Part shown: positions 28,509 through 37,096 of the stretch, piece by piece
Numbering within the stretch: the first letter of the stretch is position 1
Layout: every line of letters starts with the position of its first letter
Origin: a virus
Strand: one strand, 5' to 3'
IMG/VR virus record: IMGVR_UViG_3300037340_000026
Span: 6,220 to 70,219 of that record
Length of the DNA stretch: 64,000 bases
Translations under genes and position numbers: made by a program
Notes under the pieces: generated by a model
Seen by the model: the letters and a program-made list of their open reading frames with translations, nothing else
Database searches by the model: none
Told to the model about the DNA's origin: nothing

Positions 28509-29851
28509 ACGCGATCCGCGAGCATTTCCGGCGCGGGGTAAAATCTGTATTGTGGTATCTACCTACAGGCGGCGGTAAAAGCCTCGCCACCGGATTCATG
28601 CTGCTCAAGGCATCTAACGCTGGCCACCGTTGCTGGTTCATTGTCCACAGGCGCGAATTGATCCGCCAAACCGAGAACGTATTTAAAGAACTCGGTTTAG
28701 ACTACGGCGTGATCGCTGCTGGCCGAACAATGCAACCGTGGAAACTGGTGCAGATATGCAGCGTTAATACACTCGCGCGTCGAATAGACAAACTTGAGAA
28801 GCCGCACCTAGTTGCCCAAGACGAGTGCCATCACCTGCCCTGCAAGTCCTGGTCCGATGTGCTCACGAAAATAGGCCGTTGCTACATGGTGGGATTATCG
28901 GCGAGCCCGATTCGTTTAGACTCGCGCGGGCTCGCCGACTACTTTGGCGCAATGGTAGTTGGGCTCTCGATTCGCGATCTGATTGCAGAAGGCTATTTGT
29001 CGCCATTCCGTACCTTTGTGCCGGCGACGGTAGATGTGTCTGGACTGCACACTCGCATGGGCGATTATGTAACCGCCGAAGCCACGCAGTTAATGGACAA
29101 GCCGTCTATCACTGGATCAGCGGTCGCCGAGTATCAAAAGCTGTGCGACGGCAAGCGCGCGATTGTGTTCTGTGTCTCCATTGAGCACAGTAAGCATGTG
29201 GCGGCGCAGTTCCGCGATGCAGGCTATGCAGCGGTTCATATTGACGGAACATTTGCTGATGAAGTGCGCGACGGGGCCATTGCGGATTTTGAGCGCGGCG
29301 CGATCCAAATTTTGTGCAACGTTGATTTGTGCGCGGAGGGACTCTCGATCAATGCTATTGAGTGTGTGATACTTTTGAGGCCGACGCAATCGCTCGGTCT
29401 ATATATTCAGCAGGTCGGGCGCGGACTGCGCACATGGCCGGGAAAAAAGGAGCTTACTATCCTCGACCACGTTGGTATGACTATCAAATTTGGATTGATA
29501 GATGAGCCGCGCGAATGGGCGCTGACATACAGTGAGGACAAGAAAACGAAAACGGCATCTCTATCAGTCCGCGTCTGCCCCAAATGCTTCGCCGCCAGCT
29601 CAGCCCGCGCCCTCTCGTGCTCCAACTGCGGAGAGCCGTTCGCGGTCGCGCCGCGTTCAATGGTTGATGAGCGCGAAGGAGAGCTCGTCGAGATCACGCC
29701 GGAAATGATTGCTCGCAAGGAAGCGCGGCACGAACAGGGCATGGCGCAATCATTAGAGCAGTTGCGCGAGATTGCGCGCAGGAAGGGATATTCGAGTTTT
29801 TGGGCCGACCACGTTTATGCGGCACGAATGGCTAAGAGGGCGGTGAGATGA
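28472..29851 (+). CDS. superfamily 2 DEAH-box helicase with C-terminal zinc finger
   Basis: PTGGGKS, DECHH, SASP, QQVGRGLR, CPKC..CSNC. Confidence 0.9.
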   Translation: MLQPYDHQQSNIDAIREHFRRGVKSVLWYLPTGGGKSLATGFMLLKASNAGHRCWFIVHRRELIRQTENVFKELGLDYGVIAAGRTMQPWKLVQICSVNTLARRIDKLEKPHLVAQDECHHLPCKSWSDVLTKIGRCYMVGLSASPIRLDSRGLADYFGAMVVGLSIRDLIAEGYLSPFRTFVPATVDVSGLHTRMGDYVTAEATQLMDKPSITGSAVAEYQKLCDGKRAIVFCVSIEHSKHVAAQFRDAGYAAVHIDGTFADEVRDGAIADFERGAIQILCNVDLCAEGLSINAIECVILLRPTQSLGLYIQQVGRGLRTWPGKKELTILDHVGMTIKFGLIDEPREWALTYSEDKKTKTASLSVRVCPKCFAASSARALSCSNCGEPFAVAPRSMVDEREGELVEITPEMIARKEARHEQGMAQSLEQLREIARRKGYSSFWADHVYAARMAKRAVR

Positions 29852-29859
29852 GCGAATCG

Positions 29860-29934
29860 CGGGGTGTAAGTCATTGGTAGACATCCTGGCTTGGAACCAG
29901 GGAGTAGCTGGTTCGATTCCAGCCACCCCGACCA
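29860..29934 (+). tRNA. tRNA-Pro(TGG)
   Basis: CGGGGTG/CACCCCG acceptor, CCTGG-CTTGGAA-CCAGG anticodon arm, GCTGG-TTCGATT-CCAGC, ACCA end. Confidence 0.9.
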
Positions 29935-29948
29935 TTTAGGAGGGCGAT

Positions 29949-31175
29949 ATGCCGATTCAAACGACTTTCAAAGATGATGGCTGCGCGCGAGTCAAGGTGT
30001 GGACGACTGACATTGAGGAATCCGCGCTCAAGCAGTTGCATAACCTTTCGACGCTGCCGTTCATCCATAAGCACATCGCTGTCATGCCAGATGTTCATTG
30101 GGGTATGGGCTCGACCGTGGGCAGCGTGATACCTACCATCAAGGCAATTGTCCCGGCTGCGGTCGGCGTAGATATTGGCTGCGGGATGGTTGCGCATAAG
30201 CTGAACCTGCGAGCAGACCAACTACCGGATAGCCTCCACGCTGCGCGTACTGCGATTGAGGCGGCGATCCCACATGGCCGTACCGATAACGGCGGCAAGG
30301 GAGATCGCGGCGCCTGGAACGATGTACCGCCTGCTATCTCCGAAATCTTCAAGGGACTGGCCGAGGACAAGCGTTTCCGTGCTATTGCCGAGAATGAGCC
30401 AAAGGCGATGGCCGGGCACGTCAATGCGGAGCGCCACCTTGGCACCCTCGGGACTGGGAACCACTTCATCGAGCTTTGCCTGGATAAGAACGACGGCGTG
30501 TGGCTGATGCTGCATAGCGGGAGCCGTGGTATCGGCAATCGGCTTGGGACTTATTTCATCGCCAAGGCGAAGTCCGAAATGGAGCGCTGGCACATCAATC
30601 TGGCCGACCCTGATCTAGCCTACTTGCCGGAAGGCACCGATGCGTTCGGAAACTATTGGAAGGCGGTGAGTTGGGCGCAGGACTTCGCGCAGGCCAATCG
30701 ATCGATCATGATGGATAGTGCTATACGCGCCGTCTCCGAGGCTCTAGGCGTAGCCGTGGTGACCAGCGAGCACGCAGTTAACTGTCACCACAATTACGTC
30801 GCGATTGAGAACCACTACGGCCAGAACGTCTATGTGACGCGCAAAGGCGCTGTCCGCGCACGCGAGGGCGACATGGGGATCATTCCTGGCTCAATGGGCG
30901 CCCGCAGTTTCATCGTACGTGGCAAGGGCAACCCGGAATCGTTCTGCTCGTGTTCGCACGGCGCGGGTCGGCGAATGAGTCGTGGCGAAGCAAAGCGCCG
31001 ATATAGCGTAGCGGACCTTGAGGCACAGACCGCTGGCGTCGAATGCCGCAAGGACGCTGATGTGATCGATGAGATTCCTGAGGCGTACAAATCTATTCAG
31101 GAAGTCATCGATAATCAGAGCGATCTGATCGATGTAGTTGCTGAGCTGCGGCAGATCGTGTGCGTGAAGGGATGA
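29949..31175 (+). CDS. rtcB: RtcB RNA ligase
   Basis: MPDVH, VGVDIGCG, GTLGTGNHF, HSGSRG, HHNY, RKGA, IIPGSMG, SHGAGR, DE.P.AYK. Confidence 0.95.
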   Translation: MPIQTTFKDDGCARVKVWTTDIEESALKQLHNLSTLPFIHKHIAVMPDVHWGMGSTVGSVIPTIKAIVPAAVGVDIGCGMVAHKLNLRADQLPDSLHAARTAIEAAIPHGRTDNGGKGDRGAWNDVPPAISEIFKGLAEDKRFRAIAENEPKAMAGHVNAERHLGTLGTGNHFIELCLDKNDGVWLMLHSGSRGIGNRLGTYFIAKAKSEMERWHINLADPDLAYLPEGTDAFGNYWKAVSWAQDFAQANRSIMMDSAIRAVSEALGVAVVTSEHAVNCHHNYVAIENHYGQNVYVTRKGAVRAREGDMGIIPGSMGARSFIVRGKGNPESFCSCSHGAGRRMSRGEAKRRYSVADLEAQTAGVECRKDADVIDEIPEAYKSIQEVIDNQSDLIDVVAELRQIVCVKG

Positions 31176-31250
31176 TCGGAGATCGTCTAATCGGGAGGAC
31201 ACGAGACTTTGACTCTCGTAACGTTGGTTCGAACCCAACTCTCCGAGCCA
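31176..31250 (+). tRNA. tRNA-Gln(TTG)
   Basis: TCGGAGA/TCTCCGA acceptor, CGAGA-CTTTGAC-TCTCG, GTTGG-TTCGAAC-CCAAC, GCCA end. Confidence 0.9.
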
Positions 31251-31263
31251 GCGCACAGCCACC

Positions 31264-31632
31264 ATGACCGCCTCCGACCTCCAGGCCGAGATCATGCTGG
31301 CGCTGTCGACAGGCCCCCACGTTCGGCTGTGGCGCTTCAACAGCGGATCGGCATGGGGCGGCTCGATTGTGAGGCGCACAGCGACGCATCTCACGCTCTC
31401 GCCTTACTATCCCGTCAAACTCGGGCCCACCGGCTACCCGGATTTATCGGGTTGGAGTGTCACCAACGGCATCGCGGTGTGGAGCGGCGTGGAAGTAAAA
31501 TTCGGCCGCGACCGCATCCGCCCCGCGCAGCAAGCCTTCATCGACCTAGTGTTGGCGTCTGGCGGACGGGCTGGGGTCGCGCGGTCGGTTGAGGACGCGC
31601 GACGGATAATTTCGTTGGAAGTTCGAACGTGA
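31264..31632 (+). CDS. VRR-NUC family nuclease
   Basis: LWRFNSG...GYPDL...VEVK...Q..F....GG.AGVARS. Confidence 0.8.
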   Translation: MTASDLQAEIMLALSTGPHVRLWRFNSGSAWGGSIVRRTATHLTLSPYYPVKLGPTGYPDLSGWSVTNGIAVWSGVEVKFGRDRIRPAQQAFIDLVLASGGRAGVARSVEDARRIISLEVRT

Positions 31633-31890
31633 AAAAGGAAGTTATGACTTTACATGCAAAGGTCTGCCAAACGTGCTGGGCTGCGAATTCAGAGCGTGCA
31701 TTCGTTTGTACCAATTGCGGCGAGCGCTTCAAGGAATCCCCGCGTTCAATTTTATGCTGGCTTGGAATTCATAAATGGTACATCCCGTGTCCGGGTGCTT
31801 TCTTTGGACCGGATAAAATACAAGCGGTGGAATGTCGGCGATGTGGCTTAACCAAATGGAGCAAACCGGCATGAAGGGCAGCTGCGCCCA

Positions 31891-31960
31891 TTGACCTAAA
31901 CCCCCCGACGGCCTATAACTGTCCCTGCTAGGCACTGACAGCCTATGACAGACAGGGAAT
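31891..31960 (+). promoter_or_regulatory. promoter with probable operator repeats
   Basis: TTGACC-17 nt-TATAAC followed by CTGTC/GACAG repeats and a TCCCTG..CAGGGA inverted pair, upstream of an RHH gene. Confidence 0.5.
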
Positions 31961-31966
31961 ATAACA

Positions 31967-32158
31967 ATGGCCACGGATTTACCTGGTTTTACCGTGTATG
32001 TGACGCCGAAGCTGTTTGCAACACTGCGGACGCTGTCAGCGAAAGAGGGGCGGAGCCTGTCGAATTTCGTCGCCGTGCATTTGCACGGTCAGTTTGGCAG
32101 CGGGGACGTACCGCTGCGCAAGAAACCCAGAACCACGAATAATAGCACAGCGGCGTAG
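31967..32158 (+). CDS. ribbon-helix-helix regulator
   Basis: FTVYVTPKLFATLRTLSAKEGRSLSNFV. Confidence 0.65.
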   Translation: MATDLPGFTVYVTPKLFATLRTLSAKEGRSLSNFVAVHLHGQFGSGDVPLRKKPRTTNNSTAA

Positions 32159-32166
32159 TTCCCGCC

Positions 32167-33774
32167 GTGGCCAAGGCGCGTGTCGCGCTTGACGGCGTTG
32201 CTATTCTCGTTAGCGAGCCTGAGGCTCAAGTGCTGTTTGTTTCATCGCCTAAGGCCCGGGGCGCCGCCACACTCCTACTTCCGCACTACGTGAGCGTGTG
32301 CTGCGACGGCCCCCCCACGCAAACCGACTTTCGCGAGCTTAAGGGTCGTCAAATCGATATCTGGGCGCCTGGCGGTGCGGACGGCGCGACATGGGCTGCG
32401 GCGATAGCGGGCTGCGTCTTCGACATCGCGCAGCGGGTGCGCATCATCAACGCCAGCGATGAGCCCGTCGGCCGAGACCTCCCGCATTACGTCGCTGAGG
32501 GCTGGGATGAAGGTCGCGTGGTCCAGTGGGCAGCGGACCACGCCCGGGTGGTTGAGGAGCCGAAGACTGGTCGCAAACATAATGGCGTGGCGCCGATCGC
32601 ACAAGCCGGCGAATCAGTCGCGGTAACTTGGCAATCGCTCGCGCTTGAGTGCAATAGCGGCGGCGTGCCGCATCCTACTATCGGCAACGCGGCGCGCGTG
32701 CTCGCACAGCACCCGATGACTGCCGGTAAAATCTGGTTCGATTCGTTCCGCAATAAAATCATGCAGACACATGACGGCATCGCAGGGCCATGGCGCGACG
32801 TCGATGATCTGCGCCTCCTAGAATGGCTGCAGCAATCTCTGAAGCTCTCGAAGATCGGGCTGCAAGTCGTGCAACACGCTGTTGAACTCGCCGCTTTCAA
32901 CAACGCACGCAACTCGGTCGTTGACTGGCTCGAGTCGCTTGCTTGGGACCGCGAGCCAAGGTTATCCAATTGGCTCAGCGATTTCCTCGGCGCACCAAAT
33001 ACTGAATACGCCCAAGCCGCAGGCCGCAACTGGCTCGTCAGTATGGTCGCCCGCGCTTACAAGCCCGGCTGTCAGGCTGATCACATGCCGGTGCTCGAGG
33101 GCGCCTCGGGGCGCGGCAAATCCTCTGCGCTTGCGGTGCTCGGCGGCGAGTGGTATCGCGCTGCGCCGCAGGCATTTGGTTCGAAGGAATTCCTTGAAGT
33201 CATTCAAGGCGCATGGCTGGTCGAAATCCCAGACATGGTCGGCTTCGGCCGGCGCGAGCACACGCAGATTATTTCGGCCATCACGACGCGCTCGGATCCG
33301 TATCGAGTTGCCTACGGCAGACACGCCGAGGATCACCCGCGCGTGACTATCTTCGTGGCCACTTCGGAAAATGACGAATACCTAAAGGATTCACGCGGAG
33401 TGCGCAGGTATTGGCCGGTTCGCTGTGCCGATATCAATCTCGATGCGCTCAGCAGCGCGCGAGCGCAGTTGTTCGCGGAAGCAACCTCCGCCTTCAAAGC
33501 CGGCGCTTCGTGGCACGAGATGCCTGTCGACGAGACCGCAGCAGAGCAGGCAGAACGCCAGGAGATTGATATGTGGCTCGAACCAATCCAGTCATTTTGC
33601 ATAGGGCGCACCATTGTTACGGTCTCGGACCTAGCAACAGAATGTCTTAAGATCGAACGGTCAAAACAGTGTCAGTCTGACGCCATACGAATAGCTAAGT
33701 GTTTGAGAGCTATAGGGTTTTCGTGTCGCGTAGAACGCATCAGCGGTGTGATTACTAGGGTCTATAGGCGATGA
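32167..33774 (+). CDS. VapE/VirE-family replicative helicase with degenerate TOPRIM-like N-terminus
   Basis: WD..PRL, MVAR..KPGC.AD, LEGASGRGKS, YR.AYGR, FVAT, RRYWP. Confidence 0.85.
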   Translation: MAKARVALDGVAILVSEPEAQVLFVSSPKARGAATLLLPHYVSVCCDGPPTQTDFRELKGRQIDIWAPGGADGATWAAAIAGCVFDIAQRVRIINASDEPVGRDLPHYVAEGWDEGRVVQWAADHARVVEEPKTGRKHNGVAPIAQAGESVAVTWQSLALECNSGGVPHPTIGNAARVLAQHPMTAGKIWFDSFRNKIMQTHDGIAGPWRDVDDLRLLEWLQQSLKLSKIGLQVVQHAVELAAFNNARNSVVDWLESLAWDREPRLSNWLSDFLGAPNTEYAQAAGRNWLVSMVARAYKPGCQADHMPVLEGASGRGKSSALAVLGGEWYRAAPQAFGSKEFLEVIQGAWLVEIPDMVGFGRREHTQIISAITTRSDPYRVAYGRHAEDHPRVTIFVATSENDEYLKDSRGVRRYWPVRCADINLDALSSARAQLFAEATSAFKAGASWHEMPVDETAAEQAERQEIDMWLEPIQSFCIGRTIVTVSDLATECLKIERSKQCQSDAIRIAKCLRAIGFSCRVERISGVITRVYRR

Positions 33775-33776
33775 AT

Positions 33777-33960
33777 TGTTACGGTGTTACACGTTTCACC
33801 CCTGTTCGCCTAGAGTGCTCTGTGCGCGTGCGTAGGCGCGTGCGGGTGCGCGTATGTATACGGATATATATACTGTAACTACTGTAACACTGTAACAAGA
33901 GTGTAGAATCAATGGCTTGGGAGTTACGGTCTTGTTACGGTTTGTGGCCTAGACCGTAAC
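33777..33960. other. probable replication origin: GTTAC/GTAAC iterons, AT-rich tract, IHF site
   Basis: 8 copies of GTTAC/GTAAC in both orientations; TATGTATACGGATATATATAC; AATCAATGGCTTG at 33907-33919 matches WATCAANNNNTTR. Confidence 0.65.
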
Positions 33961-34377
33961 GCCTGTGGCTGTCGCTCTCGGACAACACTCTGTGAACATT
34001 GTTTATAATCATAGTCTTAGAGTGAAATGCAACTATGTGATTGATTTCATTACATTGTTCATCGCAGCGATACTACGCATAAGATCTATTATGTCAAACC
34101 GACTAGCGTGGGTGGCTAAGCGAGCGCGCCGCGCCGGCTTGCGCCCTCTCGCGCTCGGCTGCATCCTAAGCCCTAGGCAGCTGAGGGATAGACGGATGGG
34201 AAAGCAGCCCGCAGTGTGTGGCAGGCATTCGAGGGGTACACCCCCCCCTTTGGCAGGATCGAAGGACCCAAAGACCGGTCCTGTGCCCCATATCAACATA
34301 CCCAAAAACTTCGGGGTGAAATGGTGCGATGCAGCAACAGCACCAGAGTGAAATAAACGCTGCGCCTATACAGCATA

Positions 34378-34405
34378 TTGACAACGCCGACACATCATCT
34401 ATGAT
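34378..34405 (+). promoter_or_regulatory. sigma70-type promoter ahead of packaging genes
   Basis: TTGACA-16 nt-TATGAT. Confidence 0.55.
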
Positions 34406-34433
34406 GAAGTCTCACAGCTTATGAGAGGCGTAA

Positions 34434-34700
34434 ATGATGCGAATCACCGTCACATTGCCAGATCCGCTGCTTAAACGCTGCGAAATGGATGCGGAAACGC
34501 TACAGGTGAGCTTGTCGATGTATTTTCGACGGCTGGCGGAGGACCGTCACGGCCTTTCGAAGATCACGGTGCCCCCGCCGAGGGGAGTAGCGCCGGTTGC
34601 CACGCCGCCATATTCTGCGGTTCGAAACAGCAGGAATCCCGCCGAGGAGGCTGAGCGTGCCATGGCGTTACTTGCGCAGGTGAGCGGCGATGGCCGGTAG
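34434..34700 (+). CDS. ribbon-helix-helix (CopG-like) protein
   Basis: MRITVTLPDPLLKRC...SLS.YFR. Confidence 0.6.
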   Translation: MMRITVTLPDPLLKRCEMDAETLQVSLSMYFRRLAEDRHGLSKITVPPPRGVAPVATPPYSAVRNSRNPAEEAERAMALLAQVSGDGR

Positions 34701-35373
34701 ACCTAAGCGCCGGGCCAAACTTGAGGCCGAGGCAGCGAAGGCCGCGAGCGATCCTTGGGCTGGCGCGCCTGATCAATGGGCGGCGTCGGCGCCTGTTGAC
34801 CCTTGGGTGACTCCCCCGGAGTCCGACCGCGAGTTTCTTGATCAATGGTGGCGCTCACAAGTAGCCGAGATCGAACGCGCGGGCGCCGAGCGGCGAGAGT
34901 TGCTGGCCACCGCCGGCGAGCACCCTTCACCGATCTTCGCGCGGCAGGCGAAGACGTTCGGGGCGCTGGGGATACCGCGCGATGTCGTGGCCGTGCTGCT
35001 GGAGATGTCGCAGCCGGAGATGGAAATGTACTATGGGGCGGAGTATGCCGCGGGGAGTGCGGAAGTCGTGTCGCAGGTCGCGGCGAATCTGTTGCGCATC
35101 GCAACTAGCACGAATGATCGCGTAGCGGTGAAAGCCGCCATTGAAGTGATGAACCGCCGCGGTGGCGAGGAGTGGCGCCCCCCGGCGCAGAAGCTGGAGG
35201 TGACGGATGATAGGAAGGGGAGGGGGAATGTGATTGATTCGTCGAAGCTCTCATGGGAACAGCGAGCTCAACTTCGGATGATCATTCAGAGCGCCGTTTC
35301 TTCACCCGCAGGGCTTGTCTCTCTGGAAACATCAACTATAATAGAGGGAGATTCAGCCGCAGAAGAAATGTAA
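34690..35373 (+). CDS. probable terminase small subunit
   Basis: Upstream of TerL; HTH-like GIPRDVVAVLLEMS and V..NL...A...AAI...RGG.W pattern. Confidence 0.55.
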   Translation: MAGRPKRRAKLEAEAAKAASDPWAGAPDQWAASAPVDPWVTPPESDREFLDQWWRSQVAEIERAGAERRELLATAGEHPSPIFARQAKTFGALGIPRDVVAVLLEMSQPEMEMYYGAEYAAGSAEVVSQVAANLLRIATSTNDRVAVKAAIEVMNRRGGEEWRPPAQKLEVTDDRKGRGNVIDSSKLSWEQRAQLRMIIQSAVSSPAGLVSLETSTIIEGDSAAEEM

Positions 35374-36077
35374 TGCCGAGAGTCAGAAGGACCCAGCCGA
35401 TTGTTGCCGGAAGAAAGTTTGCGCGCTGGACGGCACTCGATCAGATCAAGACCAAAGGGAAGGCGATCTACCAACTATGTGTTTGTGATTGCGGGGTAAC
35501 CAGCTTCGTTGCTAAAGGGAGTTTGCTTCGAGAAGAAAGTTTGAGCTGTGGCTGCTGGAAAAACGAAAGAATTTCTAATTCTCGAACTAGACACGGGCAC
35601 ACCAAAAGATCTTTGCCAGGAAAGCGTACTAAGACATATGGCGTGTGGAATCATATGCTCAGTCGGTGCAGAAATCCCAACGTGATCAATTACGAACGTT
35701 ATGGAGCGCGCGGGATTAAAGTCTGTGAACGTTGGCAAATTTTCGACAATTTTTTAGAGGACATGGGCGATCCTCCGGAAGGCACTTCGATTGATCGAAT
35801 AGACAATAATGGAAATTATGAGCCCGGTAATTGTCGTTGGGCAACTTTGAAGGAACAGAATCGAAACCGACGCAACAACATCAAGATCGATTTCAATGGT
35901 GAAACGTTAGTCTTGGCGGATTGGGCGAAAAGATTTGATATCCCATACAGCGTTATGCTTTGGCGGTATCGTAAAGGCTGGACAGAAGCTAAGCTAATGC
36001 AGCCGTCAAGAAAAATGACCTTCGCAGTGGGAACGGGCGTCGTGCCGCAGATTGAGGCGGAGGGGGAGGAGGGGTGA
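35373..36077 (+). CDS. HNH homing endonuclease
   Basis: C.CDCG, SCGC, RC.NP..YGARGI.VC, SIDRIDNNGNYEPGNCRWAT; AT-richer. Confidence 0.85.
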   Translation: MPRVRRTQPIVAGRKFARWTALDQIKTKGKAIYQLCVCDCGVTSFVAKGSLLREESLSCGCWKNERISNSRTRHGHTKRSLPGKRTKTYGVWNHMLSRCRNPNVINYERYGARGIKVCERWQIFDNFLEDMGDPPEGTSIDRIDNNGNYEPGNCRWATLKEQNRNRRNNIKIDFNGETLVLADWAKRFDIPYSVMLWRYRKGWTEAKLMQPSRKMTFAVGTGVVPQIEAEGEEG

Positions 36078-36487
36078 ACATGCGTTATATGCCAGAGATG
36101 GGGCAGATGATATTCGGCCAACCTTGTGGCGCTTATGCACTTCCGGACTGGGTGGAGTCCATGTTTCATGGGATCATTGATGAGTGGGATCGCGTCTATT
36201 GGAACGTGAACCAGAAGCAAGCCAATCATCGAGCCGACAACGCTGATTTAGGCGCAGTTCATTTTCGATATTACGTGTTCGATTATGAGGACGACCCGCA
36301 AGACCACGGGCCGAACTTCTGGCTGAGCGGTAAGGATCAAACTATTCGCTGGTACAAGGGCCCGTGGCGCGGGCTCTCTTGCACTAAGGATTTCGCTAAC
36401 GAAGACTGGATTGTGTGGCACGACGCGGTGATGGCTGAGCTTCGCCGTGTAGGCTCCGAGCCTCGCAAATTGATGGAGGAGACGTGA
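36074..36487 (+). CDS. hypothetical protein
   Basis: GGAGGAGG SD; coupled. Confidence 0.5.
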   Translation: MNMRYMPEMGQMIFGQPCGAYALPDWVESMFHGIIDEWDRVYWNVNQKQANHRADNADLGAVHFRYYVFDYEDDPQDHGPNFWLSGKDQTIRWYKGPWRGLSCTKDFANEDWIVWHDAVMAELRRVGSEPRKLMEET

Positions 36488-37096
36488 GCGTCTACGACTG
36501 GACGACCGAGGCGGCGGTCGGGTTTGGGTTGGCGAAGGAGGAGGCGTGAACCCCCTCCCGGTCATCGGCGCTCCAGTCTGGTTCTGGCCCCCGCGCCCAT
36601 CGAACCTGTACGGCCTGATTAATTCAGGCTGCGCGTTTGCCGCGACGATAGTGTTCGTTCACGACGGCTTTGAAGTCTCGCTCGCCGGGTACGATCACTT
36701 CGGTAAGCAGTTCAGTTGCTCGCACATCCTATTGTGGGATGGAAAATCGGACCGCCCTGATTTTGGGCGCGGGCAGTGCTGGCAGTGGATACCGTGAGCG
36801 ACTTCCGCGATGCCCCGTCTCCCTCGGAGAGCGCCGCTCATGACTAACGTCCACGAGATCAAGCGCACATCGTTTCTAGACGTGCCAGCTAAACTGCGCG
36901 AACTAGCCACGATGCTGGAATCGCGCGGAACGCCCACGAAGACCGTCATCATCATCACGGCCGACGGCTCCAGGATGGAGGTGCGCGGATTCGGCGAGCG
37001 CACCAGCGGCATCGAGGTCGCAGGCTATTTGTCGCGTGCGCTGTGGATGCAGAACGATCTGCCGACCGCCGACGCAGTCGATGAGCCGCCAGCGGC

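Noticed and set aside
33965-34351. 128-aa ORF in the origin/packaging region
   Set aside because: No SD, atypical composition and no motifs; more likely non-coding
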